Below, in pieces: positions 62,501 to 64,000 of a DNA stretch of 64,000 nt; within the stretch, counting starts at the first letter, position 1; every line of letters starts with the position of its first letter. The translations under genes were made by a program, and so were the position numbers. The DNA comes from Laetmonice hystrix (Eukaryota), in assembly GCA_965235115.1 (NCBI GenBank), contig OZ249438.1:33108001-33172000 (forward strand). Direction: 5' to 3'. The notes under the pieces were generated by a model. It had not been told where the DNA came from. It worked only from the letters and a program-made list of their open reading frames with translations, and ran no database searches.

Positions 62501-63802
62501 ACATCCTTTACTGATCTTAAATCAACCGTGAGTTACCACAGGTATCCATAAATATAGCCGTCAGTACAGAGTGAGAGGTTCTGCTCCAAATGGTCAACAA
62601 ATAAAAGGGTTTAACCCCCAAAAGTCATTCTAAAGAGTACCAGCACATTCAATGAATTATGTTATCTGAAATGGAACTCTGACGATAAATGTCCCCTTAT
62701 AAATTGACCACACTCGGTCACTGGGTCATATCTTAGTCATTTGGTAATTCTACAATCATTATGAAATTGTCCAATCAAACAACAAAAGAACGCAGGCTAA
62801 ACATGGTTTAGACAACCTTTACATCGCTCTTTCCGTCCTTTATGACGCATACTCAGATAGGAAAGTCAGTCCAAGGGCAGAATCCCCAGTGTATGTGCAG
62901 ACATGGCTAGACGGGCTGACCTCAGAATCGTGAGACTGCAGCCGGTCGGTAGGACTCCCACTGTCTGGTTCGTTTCTCACCATGTAAATGTCACTACCAG
63001 CTTTGACCAATTTATAACTCCCTGATTGTGTACCACTCTCACTTTGAATCAATCTTCAAACTCAGCATGTCATTCTTTACAACCAGACAACAATCACAAA
63101 CATCTAGTTTTTCTGCATTTTGTTCTTGTAGGTCCCCGTGCAGATCTTAACAGTCAGTGAGTTTGTTCAAGCAACCTGCGCCCTGACAAATCGAGTTATT
63201 ACTTAACAGGTCATGTGCTACACTAACCTAAACCCATTACATATTAATATTATGTATTGTCATAGAAAAAACAAGTGTTTCTGATTTTAAAAAGATAAAA
63301 CTCCATATGTTACCATGCCGACTTTTGTGTGGGATGTCTATACAAATTATGCACGTTGCTGTTAATTTGAGTGCACCAAACACTAATCTGGGGGCCACCA
63401 GGGTAAACTGAAGGCTTCACAAAGGCATTATTTAATTCTCATAAACCTAGGCTTGTTATAACAAAAAAGTAACCACTGTGACATATAGATCTAAACATTT
63501 TTTAAATCAAAAATAGTTGTTCTTTATATTGAAATGCATTAGTTGATATATAGTGGGTTTGGGTTGGACACATTGGTTACCATGGTGCGATATGGTGGGA
63601 GATTTGATAGGTGCCGCACATGACCTTAAGTTAAAGAGCAACTGTCTTACTGACCTGCAAGTGCCTTGATTCTCGACCTCTCGAAGAGTTTGGCCGAGTT
63701 ATTTCCACCTTCCCAGTCATCTTCATTCTGTAGTTCTTGGAGTGCAGTGTTGTTGCTGTTCTCATAGCGCACCCCGCTATGAACCTGGTCAATCTCCGTC
63801 AT
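2377..63802 (-). CDS. SPTBN1: Beta-spectrin (conventional, non-erythroid type), spliced CDS of 43 exons, about 2436 aa: CH1-CH2, 17 spectrin repeats, linker, PH domain
   Basis: Hallmark motifs [55 protein letters not shown], repeat-14/15 ankyrin-binding region, partial repeat 17, PH domain ([22 protein letters not shown]) and C-terminal [11 protein letters not shown]. All exon phases join into one frame. The symbol marks family orthology; an invertebrate gene would be co-orthologous to the vertebrate paralogues. Confidence 0.97.
2615..3292. repeat. minisatellite, 16 copies of a 40-bp unit (cattcatccctaaccacactcctgtcaatatcaagtcata); three copies carry an 11-bp insert atcttgaatta
   Basis: Direct inspection: caatatcaagtca recurs every 40 or 51 bp within the last intron. 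Confidence 0.97.
3447..3593 (-). CDS. SPTBN1: exon 42 (PH: [16 protein letters not shown]...[26 protein letters not shown])
   Basis: taacag|GAC ... GAG|gtaagt, 147 nt. Confidence 0.96.
3856..3931 (-). CDS. SPTBN1: exon 41 (PH: [25 protein letters not shown])
   Basis: caacag|G ... AGT|gtgagt, 76 nt. Confidence 0.96.
4253..4340 (-). CDS. SPTBN1: exon 40 (PH domain start: [30 protein letters not shown])
   Basis: tttcag|TG ... AG|gtgagt, 88 nt. Confidence 0.96.
5860..5874 (-). CDS. candidate 15-nt microexon (G)SKGY (phase 1-1)
   Basis: cttttatcctccgtgtgccag|GCTCCAAGGGTTACT|gtaagt; UGC at the 3' splice site. Confidence 0.55.
6241..6324 (-). CDS. SPTBN1: exon 39 (linker, symmetric phase 1-1, 84 nt: [28 protein letters not shown])
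   Basis: ctttgctttctgcgtgtaacag|AG ... G|gtaacg. Confidence 0.82.
7125..7211 (-). CDS. SPTBN1: exon 38 (linker, symmetric phase 1-1, 87 nt: [29 protein letters not shown])
   Basis: cccttcatcatcag|TC ... A|gtaagt. Confidence 0.8.
8620..8766 (-). CDS. SPTBN1: exon 37 (linker, symmetric phase 1-1, 147 nt: [36 protein letters not shown]...HGVTP)
   Basis: tggcag|AC ... G|gtgact; GC-rich Pro/Ala/Thr codons. Confidence 0.8.
10151..10287 (-). CDS. SPTBN1: exon 36 (linker: [18 protein letters not shown]...GGAAAE)
   Basis: tcacag|A ... G|gtaatg, 137 nt. Confidence 0.9.
10407..10537 (-). CDS. SPTBN1: exon 35 ([14 protein letters not shown]...FLPPPEPE)
   Basis: tcacag|TTT ... GA|gtgagt, 131 nt. Confidence 0.92.
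10904..11008 (-). CDS. SPTBN1: exon 34 (repeat 17: [35 protein letters not shown])
   Basis: ctctctacag|GAC ... ACG|gtaagt, 105 nt. Confidence 0.96.
11242..11333 (-). CDS. SPTBN1: exon 33 (partial repeat 17, tetramerisation site: [18 protein letters not shown]...GEYG)
   Basis: cactag|TT ... GGA|gtaagt, 92 nt. Confidence 0.96.
11532..11616 (-). CDS. SPTBN1: exon 32 (repeat 16: [28 protein letters not shown])
   Basis: ttacag|GTG ... A|gtgagt, 85 nt. Confidence 0.95.
11832..12048 (-). CDS. SPTBN1: exon 31 (repeat 16: [14 protein letters not shown]...HYRSLE)
   Basis: gtccag|A ... GAG|gtaggt, 217 nt. Confidence 0.96.
12168..12334 (-). CDS. SPTBN1: exon 30 (repeat 15: [11 protein letters not shown]...DTSDLYR)
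   Basis: ttgaag|GTT ... AG|gtgaaa, 167 nt. Confidence 0.95.
12600..12710 (-). CDS. SPTBN1: exon 29 (repeat 15: [17 protein letters not shown]...LVTLGTQ)
   Basis: tttcag|GAG ... CAG|gtgagg, 111 nt. Confidence 0.96.
12887..13150 (-). CDS. SPTBN1: exon 28 (repeats 14-15, ankyrin-binding region: [13 protein letters not shown]...LDRIY)
   Basis: ttttag|ATG ... TAT|gtaagt, 264 nt. Confidence 0.97.
13389..13593 (-). CDS. SPTBN1: exon 27 (repeats 13-14: [17 protein letters not shown]...GQDYEHVT)
   Basis: tttcag|T ... ACA|gtatgt, 205 nt. Confidence 0.96.
13712..13920 (-). CDS. SPTBN1: exon 26 (repeat 13: [20 protein letters not shown]...EDHPDS)
   Basis: ccacag|TAC ... AG|gtaagt, 209 nt. Confidence 0.96.
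14075..14593 (-). CDS. SPTBN1: exon 25 (repeats 11-12: [10 protein letters not shown]...LSEISQQ)
   Basis: atgcag|ATC ... CAG|gtgagg, 519 nt. Confidence 0.97.
14771..15034 (-). CDS. SPTBN1: exon 24 (repeats 10-11: [10 protein letters not shown]...LLVQKQN)
   Basis: ttgcag|GAC ... AAC|gtaagt, 264 nt. Confidence 0.96.
15274..15511 (-). CDS. SPTBN1: exon 23 (repeats 9-10: RNQNRQRAY...RLRKLIE)
   Basis: tcccag|G ... GAG|gtgagc, 238 nt. Confidence 0.96.
15631..15803 (-). CDS. SPTBN1: exon 22 (repeat 9: [16 protein letters not shown]...EQLADR)
   Basis: atacag|CAC ... AG|gttagc, 173 nt. Confidence 0.96.
17049..17063 (-). CDS. candidate 15-nt microexon PRFGF (phase 0-0)
   Basis: ttcttgtagcatag|CCTCGGTTTGGTTTT|gtaagt. 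Confidence 0.3.
17444..17560. repeat. perfect 44-bp inverted repeat with 29-nt spacer (foldback hairpin)
   Basis: 17444-17487 gggtttaaacatgattttcagtgtgtggccccagatcacagcac is the exact reverse complement of 17517-17560. Confidence 0.95.
18693..18716 (-). CDS. candidate 24-nt microexon TTPGLDKQ (phase 0-0, repeat 9 A-B loop)
   Basis: ttgtttttgtgttttgttgcacag|ACG...CAG|gtaact; UGC next to the 3' splice site; TGCATG at 18553-18558 downstream. Confidence 0.7.
19778..19855 (-). CDS. SPTBN1: exon 21 (repeat 9 helix A: [26 protein letters not shown])
   Basis: cctag|GTG ... CCG|gtaagt, 78 nt. Confidence 0.95.
20177..20266 (-). CDS. SPTBN1: exon 20 (repeat 8: [30 protein letters not shown])
   Basis: ttgcag|CGA ... 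CAG|gtcagt, 90 nt. Confidence 0.96.
20470..20745 (-). CDS. SPTBN1: exon 19 (repeat 8: [17 protein letters not shown]...QYMFLRE)
   Basis: tgacag|CTG ... GAG|gtaaga, 276 nt. Confidence 0.96.
20896..21012 (-). CDS. SPTBN1: exon 18 (repeat 7: [11 protein letters not shown]...WMELKTM)
   Basis: taacag|CTG ... ATG|gtcagt, 117 nt. Confidence 0.95.
21261..21389 (-). CDS. SPTBN1: exon 17 (repeat 7: [30 protein letters not shown]...IQAK)
   Basis: ctccag|ACA ... AAG|gtcagc, 129 nt. Confidence 0.96.
21684..21983 (-). CDS. SPTBN1: exon 16 (repeats 6-7: [12 protein letters not shown]...IECQETI)
   Basis: tcacag|GAG ... ATT|gtgagt, 300 nt. Confidence 0.96.
22222..22386 (-). CDS. SPTBN1: exon 15 (repeats 5-6: [11 protein letters not shown]...VEQWIAEK)
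   Basis: ttctag|GAT ... AAG|gtaaat, 165 nt. Confidence 0.96.
22592..22669 (-). CDS. SPTBN1: exon 14 (repeat 5 helix B: [26 protein letters not shown])
   Basis: gaatag|GAG ... CAG|gtaagt, 78 nt. Confidence 0.95.
22873..22881 (-). CDS. candidate 9-nt microexon MIE (phase 0-0)
   Basis: gagttttacttag|ATGATTGAG|gtaatg. Confidence 0.35.
23731..23754 (-). CDS. candidate 24-nt microexon RVLTLYCE (phase 0-0)
   Basis: ctgtatactgcag|AGG...GAG|gtgagc; in frame. Confidence 0.5.
24657..24689 (-). CDS. candidate 33-nt cassette exon [11 protein letters not shown] (phase 0-0)
   Basis: gtgtgatttcag|AGA...CCT|gtgagtgcatg; in frame; resembles spectrin helix B; TGCATG overlaps the end of the donor. Confidence 0.7.
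26538..26654 (-). CDS. SPTBN1: exon 13 (repeat 5 helix A: [39 protein letters not shown])
   Basis: ctgtag|TTC ... AAG|gtgagt, 117 nt; not in the ORF track. Confidence 0.96.
26925..27125 (-). CDS. SPTBN1: exon 12 (repeat 4: [10 protein letters not shown]...LLEAVDFYQ)
   Basis: ttgcag|GCT ... CAG|gtaggt, 201 nt. Confidence 0.96.
27529..27765 (-). CDS. candidate alternative terminal exon (78 aa + TAG) or shorter cassette in intron 11
   Basis: Very strong acceptor ttttccttttcttcttgttcttgttgtgcag, in phase 0 with exon 11; 78 open codons; ATTAAA at 27436-27441. Confidence 0.35.
   Translation of the reverse strand, partial: EFSQPRNRGSFNDDLLQGAVTSVLGSQIAMCWHNRHIMPSVVKELLPSSAKYFSAGEILCFLLLLLVVGHLSVSQSCL
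28561..28805 (-). CDS. SPTBN1: exon 11 (repeats 3-4: [10 protein letters not shown]...LLLNKHK)
   Basis: ccaag|GC ... AAG|gttagt, 245 nt. Confidence 0.95.
29733..29898 (-). CDS. SPTBN1: exon 10 (repeat 3: [22 protein letters not shown]...[10 protein letters not shown]); alternative in-phase donor at 29754
   Basis: cattag|GCT; donor G|gtagcc (166 nt) or G|gtgact (145 nt), both phase 1. Confidence 0.9.
30019..30415 (-). CDS. SPTBN1: exon 9 (repeats 2-3: [15 protein letters not shown]...WMDEIK)
   Basis: ttccag|G ... AAG|gtgagg, 397 nt. Confidence 0.97.
30635..30817 (-). CDS. SPTBN1: exon 8 (repeat 1: [12 protein letters not shown]...[10 protein letters not shown])
   Basis: ttcag|G ... AG|gtaaat, 183 nt. 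Confidence 0.96.
31080..31267 (-). CDS. SPTBN1: exon 7 (repeat 1: VINQCLEN...TVEKPPK)
   Basis: tgcag|GTG ... AA|gtaagt, 188 nt. Confidence 0.96.
31897..32009 (-). CDS. SPTBN1: exon 6 ([26 protein letters not shown]...VGK)
   Basis: tgtag|AT ... AAG|gtcagg, 113 nt. Confidence 0.96.
32200..32315 (-). CDS. SPTBN1: exon 5 (CH2: [22 protein letters not shown]...FLDAE)
   Basis: ttcag|G ... G|gtaatg, 116 nt. Confidence 0.96.
34958..35130 (-). CDS. SPTBN1: exon 4 (CH2: IQDIQVEE...[20 protein letters not shown]...IIHKHR)
   Basis: ttacag|ATC ... AG|gtatgt, 173 nt. Confidence 0.97.
42800..42841. repeat. 21-bp tandem duplication agtaaactgtctt(c/t)aacatgc
   Basis: Direct inspection. Confidence 0.75.
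45373..46366. repeat. minisatellite, 10 near-identical copies of a 98-bp unit plus a partial copy
   Basis: gccttcattctcag recurs at 45373, 45471, 45569 ... 46353 with only scattered substitutions. Confidence 0.97.
47677..47850 (-). CDS. SPTBN1: exon 3 (CH1: [16 protein letters not shown]...IWTIILRFQ)
   Basis: tttcag|CCT ... CAG|gtacct, 174 nt. Confidence 0.97.
48224..48336. mobile_element. MITE-like foldback element, 113 bp, 16-bp perfect terminal inverted repeats CAGGGGTGCGTTTCTC
   Basis: 48224-48239 and 48321-48336 are exact reverse complements; the interior is an imperfect palindrome (tgtcgta/tacgaca, tcgtta/taacga); no clear target-site duplication. Confidence 0.6.
51701..51760. repeat. 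degenerate ~18-bp tandem repeat (ttgatccaaacacctgc) x3 plus partial
   Basis: Direct inspection. Confidence 0.7.
53746..53897 (-). CDS. SPTBN1: exon 2 (CH1: [19 protein letters not shown]...VLSGERL)
   Basis: ttttcag|AT ... CTG|gtgagt, 152 nt. Confidence 0.97.
54841..54958 (-). CDS. SPTBN1: candidate alternative first coding exon 1c ([39 protein letters not shown], 39 aa + 1 nt)
   Basis: tcaATGG start, open frame to a phase-1 donor CAAG|gtgaag that fits exon 2; ends LQ-(D), like the vertebrate betaII-sigma2 alternative N-terminus (...FKQLQ-DERE). Confidence 0.45.
57120..57354 (-). CDS. SPTBN1: candidate alternative first coding exon 1b ([32 protein letters not shown]...[10 protein letters not shown], 78 aa + 1 nt)
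   Basis: acaATGG start, open frame to a phase-1 donor GCAG|gtacga that fits exon 2; ends RIRNLA, paralleling RIKALA. Confidence 0.75.
57753..57887. repeat. 45-bp tandem triplication upstream of candidate exon 1b
   Basis: tcgttgttttcgacctagtaaccgattcacttctatgttaaatta at 57753, 57798 and 57843 with a few substitutions. Confidence 0.92.
63655..63802 (-). CDS. SPTBN1: beta-spectrin coding exon 1a ([10 protein letters not shown]...[18 protein letters not shown], 148 nt, phase 1)
   Basis: ATG at 63802 (aaaATGA), conserved [11 protein letters not shown], donor G|gtcagt. An upstream acceptor tttctttgatgtgtttcag at about 63832 implies a 5'UTR exon beyond the window. Not in the ORF track. Confidence 0.95.
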
Positions 63803-64000
63803 TTTCCCCGCCTACCACATCCACCAAGATTCTGAAACACATCAAAGAAAAAAAATCCAATGAAATCACTTTTCAGATATTCTATGCATAGTCCACAACC
63901 TGTATGAAAGAACACGCATGTATTCACAACAGTGAAATGAAAATTAACGAATCAAATGTTGCAACCTAATAACTCTATTTTCCACGGAAAATGTTGACAG

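Noticed and set aside
62840-63052. Minus-strand ORF as another alternative first exon
   Set aside because: Starts at TTG right after a stop, and its only donor-like site is phase 2, incompatible with exon 2

Overview
This is eukaryotic (bilaterian animal, probably invertebrate) genomic DNA almost fully occupied by one intron-rich gene on the minus strand: conventional beta-spectrin (beta-G type, orthologous to vertebrate SPTBN1-type genes, Drosophila beta-Spec and C. elegans unc-70). I traced 43 coding exons by hand with GT-AG boundaries and consistent phases, from ATG 63802 to TAG 2377. They give 7311 nt, about 2436 aa: CH1-CH2 actin-binding domain, 17 spectrin repeats, a Pro/Glu-rich linker, a PH domain and a basic C-terminus. 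Many exons, including the true first coding exon, are missing from the ORF track, and most other ORFs in the track look spurious. The introns hide candidate alternative-splicing elements, all predicted from sequence only: (i) two extra alternative first coding exons in intron 1; (ii) a chain of frame-preserving mini/micro-exons (33, 24 and 9 nt) in intron 13 that together resemble a second copy of helix B of spectrin repeat 5; (iii) 24-nt and 15-nt microexon candidates in the A-B loop of repeat 9; (iv) a candidate alternative terminal exon with a hydrophobic tail in intron 11; (v) a run of symmetric phase-1 cassette exons and microexons in the pre-PH linker. Non-coding structure includes 40-bp and 98-bp minisatellites, a 45-bp triplication, a perfect 44-bp inverted repeat, a MITE-like element and many poly-G/C runs. 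I found no CRISPR array, rRNA, tRNA or intact transposase.
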